From Candidatus Freyarchaeum deiterrae (lineage in GTDB: Archaea; Asgardarchaeota; Jordiarchaeia; Jordiarchaeales; Jordiarchaeaceae), in NCBI GenBank assembly GCA_037305845.1, contig CP147778.1:2144001-2208000 (forward strand): a stretch of DNA of 64,000 nt. The letters run 5' to 3'. Positions 10,694-19,579 of this stretch are shown here, one piece after another. Position 1 is the stretch's first letter, and each line of letters starts with the position of its first letter. A program made the translations under genes and the position numbers. Under the pieces are notes generated by a model that worked only from the letters and a program-made list of their open reading frames with translations, was not told the origin of the DNA and did no database searches.

Positions 10694-10890
10694 TCCTTCA
10701 ATAACTCAATTTCCATACAGATAAAAACACTATAGAACTCTCAAGTTGTGAATACAAATCTTTGATTGAAAAGAAAAATATTCTTAAGTAACACTTACTT
10801 GCAAATAAAAAAAGGAATTATCAGGGGCTAAGTAGATTTGTTTTTTTTATTTTTCAGAAAGTTTGCCCCTGTTAACCTAACACAAGAAGC

Positions 10891-12066
10891 CTAGAAGCCC
10901 TTCATGATAGGTTGATACTGTTTAAAGAGAAATCTTGAGATGACGTATCGCTGAACCTGGGTTGTACCCTCATAGATTGAGAACAGTTTCGCATCCCGGA
11001 ATAGCTTGGCAATCCGGTAGTTCTCCAGATATCCCTTACCACCATAAACCTGTAAAGCGTCAGTGGCTATTTTCATGGAGTCTTCAGCGGCGATGAGCTT
11101 AGCACAGCTGGAAGCTATATTACTGTCTTGAAGCTGGTCGATTTGCCAAGCAGCTCTCCAAACTAGCAAACGCATGGCTTCGGTGCGAGCATACATGTCA
11201 GCCACCATGTCTTGTATCGCTTGAAAGCTGGATATTTTATGCTCAAAAGCATCACGCTGCTTAGCGTAGTTGATGGCATGCTCCATGGCTGAGCGTGACA
11301 AACCAGTAGCAAATGCTCCAATGGTGGGGCGAGTAAGCGCGAATGTACCCATAGCCAAAAGGAAGCCTATACCCTCATCCCCGATACGGTTCTCCACGGG
11401 AACATGTACATTGCGAAGAGTAACAGCTGTAGTGTTTGAGGCTCGATGCCCTAGTTTCTCAAGTGGTTTTGTAGGAGTCAAGCCCTCAGTTTCGCGTGGA
11501 ATCACGAAAGCGCATATACCATCATAACGTTTCGTGCCCTTGAGTCTGGCAAAGAAAACATACAAGCTAGCGACATTTCCATTGGTAACCCAAAACTTAT
11601 TGCCATTCAAAATATACTCGTCACCATCACGTTCACAAGTCGCTTGCAGGCCTGCAACATCAGAGCCCATGCCAGGTTCGCTGGTAGCAAAGCAAATGAA
11701 TTTGAGTTCCTCGGTTAGTGGGCGCAAGATTTTTTCCTTTTGTTTCTCGGTGCCTGCGATAATAATCGGCGTCAAGCCGAGATCGTTATCAAACATAGAG
11801 GTGGCGATTCCCGGGTCAGCCGCAGCTATCTCTTCGATCACCAATACTGCGTCTAGAGCTCCGTATCCATTTCCTCCATATGCTTTGGGAATCGCTAGAT
11901 TCATGAGGCCTGCTTCGTGGGCCTTTTTATATATCGGGAGTGGAAATTCACCTGATTTATCATATTTTGACGAAACAGGAAGTATTTCTTCTATGGCGAA
12001 CTTTCTCGCCTTATCACGTAGAGCAATCTGTTCCTCTGATAGTTGAAAATCTACCATATTTCCCAA
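10891..12066 (-). CDS. Acyl-CoA dehydrogenase
   Basis: FATSEPGMGSD, NGNKFWVTNG, ALQVYGGKGY and IYEGTTQVQR motifs. Confidence 0.93.
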   Translation of the reverse strand: MGNMVDFQLSEEQIALRDKARKFAIEEILPVSSKYDKSGEFPLPIYKKAHEAGLMNLAIPKAYGGNGYGALDAVLVIEEIAAADPGIATSMFDNDLGLTPIIIAGTEKQKEKILRPLTEELKFICFATSEPGMGSDVAGLQATCERDGDEYILNGNKFWVTNGNVASLYVFFARLKGTKRYDGICAFVIPRETEGLTPTKPLEKLGHRASNTTAVTLRNVHVPVENRIGDEGIGFLLAMGTFALTRPTIGAFATGLSRSAMEHAINYAKQRDAFEHKISSFQAIQDMVADMYARTEAMRLLVWRAAWQIDQLQDSNIASSCAKLIAAEDSMKIATDALQVYGGKGYLENYRIAKLFRDAKLFSIYEGTTQVQRYVISRFLFKQYQPIMKGF

Positions 12067-12185
12067 CCTCCTAAACGTTTAGGATGCTGTGATTTGCTAA
12101 TTAATCCTCCTCATAACTGTATACGCTTCAATCCCCATTAGCAACTTAAAATGAAGTCCAAGCGTATACTACTAGGAAGATTTCC

Positions 12186-12419
12186 TTATTTCGTAAGTAT
12201 ATTAATCTTTTCCTTATTATCCGCCTGTTTTAAAATAAGTGCATGGCTTTTGCAGTGCATGACGCAAGAGAAGCAGTCGCTTCTTGTGGCGCATTTGGAC
12301 ACGTCTACTTCAAATCTCGGATCAATGTCTTTAATTGCCTCGACTGGGCAGGCAGTCATGCAGGTTTTGCAGTGTTGGCATATTTCAGGATTGGCTAAAA
12401 CGGGATAATTGAATCTCAA
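12186..12419 (-). CDS. Small 4Fe-4S ferredoxin-like protein
   Basis: CQHCKTCMTACP and C....DCFSCVMHC motifs; GGAGG upstream. Confidence 0.75.
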   Translation of the reverse strand: MRFNYPVLANPEICQHCKTCMTACPVEAIKDIDPRFEVDVSKCATRSDCFSCVMHCKSHALILKQADNKEKINILTK

Positions 12420-12554
12420 AATTACTGCCTCCCTTTCGGTTGTTCAACGTATTGGAACATAATAACACAACCTATATATCTCTTTCCTAGCACCTCCAAA
12501 AAGATTCTAAAAAAGCCTCTCCTATAAAACAAGTGAAAAAAGTTTCCGCTTTAT

Positions 12555-12770
12555 TTAATCAGTGATTGGAACCTCTCTGATTCTCAGAATCCTTTTTATC
12601 TCCACCATTGAGTTGTAGATTTCATTTAATATCAGCAAGTCCCTTATTCCTTTCTCTTTTTTACTTTGGAGATACGACACATAAACACCACCTAAGCCTC
12701 TAAAGAAATCCAAGAGATCCTCATCAGGGATTTTCCTCTTAATGTTAACAACCAATTTCTCGCTGCTCAA
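12555..12770 (-). CDS. Small hypothetical protein
   Basis: 71 aa ORF with a GGGGG RBS-like sequence upstream; no recognisable motif. Confidence 0.5.
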   Translation of the reverse strand: MSSEKLVVNIKRKIPDEDLLDFFRGLGGVYVSYLQSKKEKGIRDLLILNEIYNSMVEIKRILRIREVPITD

Positions 12771-12986
12771 CTTTCAACCCCCAAATTTTAATCGCACTAT
12801 TTACTCCATTTAGTTTTTCACGATAAATTAGAAAAATTAATTGTTTTTTCGACATTCAGTCTCATAATATATAGGCTGTTTGATTAGCATATTTGCGACT
12901 ATAAAAAAAGCAAATTAGGATTATTTAGAGTGTGTGAAATCAGGGTAATACTTGAAAAATATTTTCCAAACAGAGGGAAAAGTTCC

Positions 12987-13487
12987 CTATTTATTGCCTA
13001 TCGAATCGTAAATTAAGATCTTATTAATCGCACTTTTAACAAAATTATCCAATGCTTCTAAGCTATTTTTCGCCAAATTTTTCTTATTGTTAACCTCATT
13101 ATATCCTTCTATTAATTGGTCTGCAATTTTTTCGAAACCCAGAAACTTCGAGCGGTCAATCTCTTCGTTTATTCTCACTCCGAACTTGTACACAAAGTTC
13201 TCAGCCAGTTCCGTTAATAATTTCTTTACTGGTTTTTCATCCTTGTCATTTTCGAGTTCCGTGATCATAACAAAAATTACTTCACCGTATAGATGGTAAA
13301 AAAATTTCAGAAGTTTCGTCTCCATTTTCATTATCTGGTCTTCACAGTAATCTTTGAAAAAATTAAAAATCGCGGAAATAAAACCACTTAACAGATCCTG
13401 ATCTGGACTGCTAACGTCATCACCATAGGTTCTTTGAAATAAGGAAAAACCACTGTCCCTCATTATGTAAACTGCTTTAATCGCCAA
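12987..13487 (-). CDS. Longin-like small protein (Asgard eukaryotic-signature type)
   Basis: N-terminal beta-beta-alpha pattern (IKAVYIMRDSGFSLF..DQDLLSGFISAIFNF); GGAGG upstream. Confidence 0.65.
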   Translation of the reverse strand: MAIKAVYIMRDSGFSLFQRTYGDDVSSPDQDLLSGFISAIFNFFKDYCEDQIMKMETKLLKFFYHLYGEVIFVMITELENDKDEKPVKKLLTELAENFVYKFGVRINEEIDRSKFLGFEKIADQLIEGYNEVNNKKNLAKNSLEALDNFVKSAINKILIYDSIGNK

Positions 13488-13924
13488 TTAATTTAAACCT
13501 CCAAAAAATATGTGGTCAACCAGTCTATGACCAAGTTTGGGTTTTCTTTTTGCGTCTTCCACAGTCTTCCCTCTTTGAGCATCTTTTAAGATTAAAATAT
13601 AATTATAACAAATCCATCTTTATACCTTGAAATTTTAGTTACTAAATTTTTAGAATTACTCATAAGCAGAGTCATCTCTAAATTCCAGTGCAACATTTCT
13701 TTCCCTATTTTACTATAAAAACCCCCTAAAGATTATGAATAACAAGCTCATATCACTAACTCTTCATTAAGATGAAGAAATCCAAATAGATTTACGTTTA
13801 TTCGAATCAGCGGCCTTCAATCTTCGCGTATATTTAAAATCTTAAATTTAGTGTTAAGATTAGAAATTAATCATAAAGTTTATGAGCTATGTCTTATTTT
13901 TTAAAAATAGAGAGATAAAGGGAA

Positions 13925-14407
13925 GTGAAAAACATGCCAGCATTAAACGCTTTCCAAGTATACAAACTATTACCGCAAACAAACTGCGGCAGATGTGGAC
14001 TCGCAAACTGCATGGCCTTCGCAGTGGAATTACTAAGCGGCAAAAAGAAAGTCGAAAACTGCCTCCCACTAATAGAAGAATCCAAATACGCAAGCAAGCT
14101 AAAACAACTCCAAGAAATATTCACAACCACAGACGAAGTCCAAGCAACAGGACTAGTCTACCACGAAGACAAATGCACCGGCTGTGGCAACTGCGTGGCA
14201 ATATGTCCGATTGACGTTAACGCCTCTGAGCTAATTGCTGGGGGGAAAGGGTGTGAGGTTGATGGTGTAGTTTTTCGTGTGGAGGATGGGAAGACTAAAA
14301 TAGTTGACTTGAAGAAGTGTAGAAGGATGGGGTCTCAAAAGACTTGTCGTGTGTGTGAAATTTACTGTGGTACAGGTGCTATAGAGATTCGTGCAGTCGG
14401 AGGCTAA
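13925..14407 (+). CDS. Fe-S protein (putative Fe-S domain + 4Fe-4S ferredoxin), likely partner of FwdB
   Basis: LLPQTNCGRCGLANCMAFA, CTGCGNCVAICP and CRVCEIYC motifs. Confidence 0.8.
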   Translation: MKNMPALNAFQVYKLLPQTNCGRCGLANCMAFAVELLSGKKKVENCLPLIEESKYASKLKQLQEIFTTTDEVQATGLVYHEDKCTGCGNCVAICPIDVNASELIAGGKGCEVDGVVFRVEDGKTKIVDLKKCRRMGSQKTCRVCEIYCGTGAIEIRAVGG

Positions 14408-14410
14408 TTC

Positions 14411-15709
14411 ATGGAGGGTTTTAACCAGGTTGTCTGTATGGGTTGCGGTCTTCTATGTGATGATATAAAGGTCAAGGTGGAGGGTGGGAAAATTGTGTCC
14501 ACTCTCCATACCTGTATTCGCGGCGTATGGGCTCTGCGTAATGCTAACAGTGAGTTTCGATTATCCTCACCTTTGGTTAAAAAGAACGGCAAACTTGTGA
14601 AGGTTTCTTTTGATGAGGCTTTGGGTCGTGCAGCCGAGATTCTTTTGAATGCTGAGCGTCCCCTATTGTGGGGTTGGAGTTCCGCGAGCGTTGAAGCTCA
14701 GCGTATGGGCATTCTTTTAGCTAAGCGTTTGGGTGCGGTTATCGATAGTACCTCCTCTGTTTGTCATGGGTCTAGTATTTTGGCGGGTAGGGAGGCTGGC
14801 TTTAGAACTGCGACTCTGGGCGAGGTTAAAAATCGTGCGGATTTGTTAGTTTATTGGGGGAGTGATCCCAGTCACAGTCATCCTCGCCACTTGAGTAGGT
14901 ACACTTCAATTCCCCGTGGAATTTACACAAAGATGGGTTACGAGCAGAAGAAGCTCATGATAGTTGACGTTCGCAAGTCTCGTACTGGAAAGGTTGCTAA
15001 CCAGATTTTAGAGGTTGAGCCTAACAAGGATTATGAGCTTATCTCAGCGATGAGAATGATTCTGAAAGGAAAAAATATTAAGGAGAAAGAGGTCGCGGGA
15101 ATCCCTGTTAAAACTCTAAACCAAATAATTGAGACTTGGAAGACTCAGGAGTTCGGAGTTATTTTCGTGGGACTAGGTCTATCGATGAGTAAGGGCAAAT
15201 ATCGAAATATTGAAGCCTTATACAAACTGGTGCAGGAGCTTAACGAGTATGCGCGCTTTGTGGCAATTCCTATGGCTGGGCACTACAACATGGTAGGCTT
15301 CAACCAGGTAGCCACATGGCTCACCGGGCAGCCTTTTGGAATTGATACAGGTAGAGGGGACTACTATTCAAATCCTGGAGAAACTACGGCAGCCGAGATT
15401 ATTGCGCGCGATGAATTCGACGCAATGCTGGTAGTTGCTTCGGATCCCATATCCATGATGCCTTTACCCATAGCCCGGAAGATAGCCAGCAAACCCCTAG
15501 TGGTAATTGACTGCTTGGAGAACCCAACAACTAAAATTGCTGACACAGTTCTCCCTGCGGCGCTGACTGGTGTTGAGGCTGAGGGAACAGCGTACAGACT
15601 GGATTCTGTGCCCATTAGATTGAAAAAATTCATTGAACCCATTGGCGATTGTAAACCCGACGAAGAGATTCTGGCTCTTCTGCTTGAAAAGATTGAAAAA
15701 TCCAAATAG
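14411..15709 (+). CDS. fwdB: Formylmethanofuran dehydrogenase subunit B
   Basis: CMGCGLLCDDI, SVCHG, TLGEVKNRADL, HPRHLSRY, MAGHYN and GTAYRLD motifs. Confidence 0.92.
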   Translation: MEGFNQVVCMGCGLLCDDIKVKVEGGKIVSTLHTCIRGVWALRNANSEFRLSSPLVKKNGKLVKVSFDEALGRAAEILLNAERPLLWGWSSASVEAQRMGILLAKRLGAVIDSTSSVCHGSSILAGREAGFRTATLGEVKNRADLLVYWGSDPSHSHPRHLSRYTSIPRGIYTKMGYEQKKLMIVDVRKSRTGKVANQILEVEPNKDYELISAMRMILKGKNIKEKEVAGIPVKTLNQIIETWKTQEFGVIFVGLGLSMSKGKYRNIEALYKLVQELNEYARFVAIPMAGHYNMVGFNQVATWLTGQPFGIDTGRGDYYSNPGETTAAEIIARDEFDAMLVVASDPISMMPLPIARKIASKPLVVIDCLENPTTKIADTVLPAALTGVEAEGTAYRLDSVPIRLKKFIEPIGDCKPDEEILALLLEKIEKSK

Positions 15710-15876
15710 AGACTCTTATTTCACAAAAATTCACTTTTTCAGTTTAATACCCAAATTTTACAACATTTGGCATCTACTCTTAAACCAATAGCTTATCAAC
15801 TCCAGTTTCCGAAATGAAGTAGAACGAATTCATAGAAGGGGGAGAGTTCGCGATAATGATAGGTAGCGTTTCTATT

Positions 15877-16311
15877 TTAATCCAATTTGAGATGCATTTT
15901 ACAGTGTCCTACTCCGAAATGTTCCACTCCTGCCATTGAAACATTTTTGACGCTTTCTACCTGCTTTACAGAACCCATAAGTATGCCTGGAAGAAGGCAG
16001 GCTTCCTTTCCTCCCTGTGATCTGATTATTTCGTTGGCTGAGCAGACTCTACATTCGTCAACTTCAACGTTCAAAATGTTGTTTTCTATCTTCACATTTA
16101 CCTTTTTTCCAAGTTTTAGGTCGTTATGAAGGTAGTCCTGCAGTTTTATTTCCAGTTCCTTAAGACTTATTTTTCCTCCACCCCCAACCTCAGAACCAAG
16201 TTCTCTACCAAGCTGGACAAAGACTTTCCTTACATCTTCACCTAGAGCTTTAACTAGTGCTACGTGATATTTTTGGAGCAAACTATCTGGAATTTGTTCA
16301 TTGTCCTCCAT
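15877..16311 (-). CDS. V4R-like / methanogen-output-domain small protein; 5' end interrupted by the IsrB element
   Basis: LGRELG helix and C..C...C...C pattern. Original ATG is at 17593; a replacement ATG lies at 16311 inside the element end. Confidence 0.65.
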   Translation of the reverse strand: MEDNEQIPDSLLQKYHVALVKALGEDVRKVFVQLGRELGSEVGGGGKISLKELEIKLQDYLHNDLKLGKKVNVKIENNILNVEVDECRVCSANEIIRSQGGKEACLLPGILMGSVKQVESVKNVSMAGVEHFGVGHCKMHLKLD

Positions 16312-17359
16312 AAGTAAGCCCACCTCCTTTAAGGATTAGAGGAATTGCGGAACACATTATCCTCTGATTGAACAACCTAACACAATCATTCGGGTTAGCT
16401 CTCTGAGTGAACCTCTTATTATCCACATCAACACCATGTAAAGAAATCAGCCTGTTCCTGTAACCACCAACCCGGGCTAACCCGCCCCTATAGAGAACCA
16501 CATCTCTCTTTCTGAATCCCTCTAAACTCATGCTACCACCCTCTCTTCTCCTCACTCCGCCCTTTTCGGGCTGGAACTTGTGTAACTGCCTCCTAGGATA
16601 TTGGCAACGCTTCCAGACAAAGAAAGACCACACCACAAGCTCATCCAAGCCGACCTCATTTGCCGCTATGACCAATGCATCAATGGCGTGCGACTCAACC
16701 ACCCGTTTTCTCTTATCTGGGCACTTTCCAGCGTGGTACCGGTCTCTGAGTTCTGCGGTATCCACGCCGCCAACCAGTTTCAGACTATTGAACCAGAGAA
16801 CTAATGTCTCATACACAATGGTCTTTCCAACTTCAACGGTGGAGAAGTGTTTACCCCACCGTTTCCTGTAATGGTTGAATCGGACGTCCTCCACCACTGC
16901 CTCCGTTATGGGGTAGATTTTATTCAGCTCCTCCACGATTTTGAGCCGGAAATCAACCTTCGCCCTCTGCGAGGGAGTCACCCATCCCTCACTACGCCTT
17001 CTGTTGGCGAATCTGCAGGGCCTCCTCCTGCAATTTCTATACCTTCTGGAGCGTCTCTGTTCTCTTCTCTGTTCCACTTTTTTTGCTATGCCTTTTGGGA
17101 GTTCAAGCATTCCCGCCTGAAGAACCACCTTTTCAGATACTACTGCAACGCCGTCGAACTTTGAGCCAGGGTCCAACCCCAAACACATTCTGGGGGTGTG
17201 CTTCCTTGTATCCTCAAGCATCTGAATGTAGAATATGCCCAGTCGGCTCCACTTCTTCTTCGCCACCCCACCACGAAGCAGCTTCCTCGCCTTCGCAGGG
17301 GTGCAGGGGGTGAGGGGTCTCTCATCCTTACTAACCACAGGTACTCTTAGTATCGACAT
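16298..17359 (-). CDS. isrB: IsrB-like RNA-guided nickase (PLMP + split RuvC + bridge helix, no HNH)
   Basis: PLTP (PLMP) N-terminus, LGLDPG RuvC-I, Arg-rich RRSRRYR helix, VVEDVRF RuvC-II and SHAIDA RuvC-III; 353 aa with no HNH. Confidence 0.8.
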   Translation of the reverse strand: MSILRVPVVSKDERPLTPCTPAKARKLLRGGVAKKKWSRLGIFYIQMLEDTRKHTPRMCLGLDPGSKFDGVAVVSEKVVLQAGMLELPKGIAKKVEQRREQRRSRRYRNCRRRPCRFANRRRSEGWVTPSQRAKVDFRLKIVEELNKIYPITEAVVEDVRFNHYRKRWGKHFSTVEVGKTIVYETLVLWFNSLKLVGGVDTAELRDRYHAGKCPDKRKRVVESHAIDALVIAANEVGLDELVVWSFFVWKRCQYPRRQLHKFQPEKGGVRRREGGSMSLEGFRKRDVVLYRGGLARVGGYRNRLISLHGVDVDNKRFTQRANPNDCVRLFNQRIMCSAIPLILKGGGLTYGGQ

Positions 17360-17589
17360 ACGACCACCTCAAAGAAAGGTGTTTAGCGCCCTTCGACGAG
17401 CCGAGTCGGGCTTAGCCCTTTAAAGGGCGTGGCATTTAGTGGTTCTGCCGAAGAGGTACGGACTAGGGCGTGCATCCATACGTTCTTGATAGCCCGAAAC
17501 GGGTAGCAGTCTAAGGTTGCTTAGTCTAGTCAAGATTTGCATTGTTACCACCATTACAAGCCCACAAGCTTTAGCTGTGGGTTCTTGAT
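16302..17589 (-). mobile_element. IS200/IS605-superfamily non-autonomous OMEGA element (IsrB type)
   Basis: 5' end ATCAAGAACCCACAGCTAAAGCTTGTGGGCTTG hairpin; 3' end GCAATTCCTC...GGAGGACA followed by ATGA. Removing it rejoins ATG GAT GAA CAA ATT; no TnpA inside. Confidence 0.8.
17360..17589 (-). ncRNA. Putative omega-RNA scaffold
   Basis: Structured ~230 nt non-coding segment between the element 5' end and isrB, with several hairpins and GGATGC..CCTAGTCC and GTCGAAGGG blocks. Confidence 0.65.
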
Positions 17590-17624
17590 CCATAATCTAC
17601 ACCAAGTAGTCGTTGAGATAGTGG

Positions 17625-17640
17625 GTTATAATAAGTTTTT
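17625..17640 (-). promoter_or_regulatory. BRE/TATA-like promoter of the interrupted host gene
   Basis: AAAAACTTATTATAA on the minus strand, ~35 nt upstream of the original ATG at 17593. Confidence 0.5.
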
Positions 17641-17697
17641 GTATTAAAATTTGAAGAAAGCAGTGTAAATTCTAATTTAATTTTAAACTATATTCGC

Positions 17698-18297
17698 CTA
17701 TTTCGGGATTCTTAGTTCTAGGAGATATTTCTTAGTCATGATGGGATTAAAGGCCAGGCGTGTACTAACCAGAACTACGTTTTCGTACTTTGAGTAATAC
17801 AGTTTTAGACGGGGAGGAATCTTAGCAATGTCTAATAATCTGTTTATCAATATTTGCGCTATTCTTCTGGCTCCCAGCGCTGTGCTTCTAAAACTTTTAA
17901 CAGCAGCGTACATGTTCTTTCTATAAACTAGCCAGTCTCCAAAAACAAGAAATATTACAAAGAGAAACAGGGGAATTCCACCAATAATTGAAATCTCTGT
18001 TTCGGGCTGAGAAAATCCTATGAATATGATTAAGGTGGAGATAAAACCTGTAACTATTACTAGAATCATTAAACCTATAATCAAACGGAAACCTGAGAAT
18101 TTTCGATAAGCTGACCGCATATCCTCTAATTGCCTTCTTAAACTTGGCCAGTCAACCTTTTCCTTTTTCCCAACTATTTTTACTGCCTCATCTAAGCTAG
18201 GATCCCTCAGTAACCTAGTGGTAAATAGAGGAGGCTTGAGCCCCGCGTAAGCGTCAAGCTCTTCTATCCAAAATTTTAATCTTTTTTCCAACGACAT
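17698..18297 (-). CDS. Hypothetical membrane protein (2 TM)
   Basis: 199 aa with two hydrophobic helices. Confidence 0.65.
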   Translation of the reverse strand: MSLEKRLKFWIEELDAYAGLKPPLFTTRLLRDPSLDEAVKIVGKKEKVDWPSLRRQLEDMRSAYRKFSGFRLIIGLMILVIVTGFISTLIIFIGFSQPETEISIIGGIPLFLFVIFLVFGDWLVYRKNMYAAVKSFRSTALGARRIAQILINRLLDIAKIPPRLKLYYSKYENVVLVSTRLAFNPIMTKKYLLELRIPK

Positions 18298-18450
18298 TTT
18301 TTGCCACTTCTCAAGGCTGCTTCAACCAGATTCCATTACTAACTAGGCAAATTTTTAACTTACAGTCATGTGATTTGTACATTTAGGTTTTCTGTTATGG
18401 GAAAGTTTTAAGACTATTGAATATTAGTTTTCCTTATCGGCAATTTAGGG

Positions 18451-19563
18451 ATGCCCACCGTGATTAAGGTTTTTAAGGATCTTGTTTCGAATCGTCATGA
18501 TAATGCAATCAAATGGAAAAATGAGGGTAAGAAAGTTTTCGGCTACTTCTGCACCTATGTTCCTGAGGAAATCATTCACGCTGCGGGAATAATACCCGTA
18601 AGAATGATGGGAGGTTCCGATGATATAGCTCTGGCAGACGTTCACCTACCGAGCTACGTGTGCTCCTTCGCTCGCAGTTGCTACGATCAGGGTCTTAAGG
18701 GAGTTTACAACTATCTGGATGGGGTGGTATTCCCCTGCACGTGTGATACCATTACCTCACTGTACAATATCTGGGAAGCGGACATAAAAACACCCTATGT
18801 CGGCTTCGTGGACCCCCTATGCGCGAAAACAGAAACTGCAAAGAAATATTTCCGGGAAGAAGTAGCCAGATTCAAGGAATCTCTGGAAAACTTTCTAGGG
18901 AGAGAGATTTCCAATAATTCCCTTCAGAAGTCAATAGAAGTCTATAATGAGAACAGAAGACTCTTGAAAGAGGTCTACGAACTTAGAAGGAGTTCGCATC
19001 CTCCGATTTCTGGAGTTGAAGCTCTGGATATAGTTAGGTCAGGCATGTTGATTCCTAAGGAGGAGCACAATCACTTGCTTGAAAACTTACTAGATAAAAT
19101 CTCGGAGAGGGAGAATCTGCCCGAGCAGGGTGTAAGAATACTTGTTTCGGGCAGCGTGATATACGACTCTGAAATACTGAAAATGATTGAGAACTCAGGA
19201 GGACTCATAGTAACCGACGACCTCTGCACAGGAACTCGCTACTTCTGGGATCAGGTTAATATAAACCTCCCTCCTTTGACTGGTATCGCTGACCGATACT
19301 ATGAAAGAATCCCCTGTCCCTGCAATTACTCTCCGGAGAAACGTTTAGAACACGTTCTATCTCTTATAAAGGATTACCATGTTGAGGCGGTGATCTTCAC
19401 GCTGCAAAAGTTTTGCGACCCGCACCTGTTCGACTATCCTTTCATGGAGGAGAGTTTGAAAGAGTTGGAAATACCAACACTTCTCATCGAAACAGAACAC
19501 GTGACTTCTCCCTTGGGTCCTCTAAAAACTAGAATTGAGGCTTTCTTGGAAACAGTCCAATAA
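18451..19563 (+). CDS. 2-hydroxyacyl-CoA dehydratase / class I benzoyl-CoA reductase family subunit
   Basis: GYFCTYVPEEII, CSFARS, TCD, DDLCTG and KFCDPH motifs. Confidence 0.9.
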   Translation: MPTVIKVFKDLVSNRHDNAIKWKNEGKKVFGYFCTYVPEEIIHAAGIIPVRMMGGSDDIALADVHLPSYVCSFARSCYDQGLKGVYNYLDGVVFPCTCDTITSLYNIWEADIKTPYVGFVDPLCAKTETAKKYFREEVARFKESLENFLGREISNNSLQKSIEVYNENRRLLKEVYELRRSSHPPISGVEALDIVRSGMLIPKEEHNHLLENLLDKISERENLPEQGVRILVSGSVIYDSEILKMIENSGGLIVTDDLCTGTRYFWDQVNINLPPLTGIADRYYERIPCPCNYSPEKRLEHVLSLIKDYHVEAVIFTLQKFCDPHLFDYPFMEESLKELEIPTLLIETEHVTSPLGPLKTRIEAFLETVQ

Positions 19564-19579
19564 TGGGTGGTTGAAAATA

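Noticed and set aside
14411-15709. Selenocysteine in FwdB
   Set aside because: The active-site codon is TGT (SVCHG); there is no in-frame TGA.
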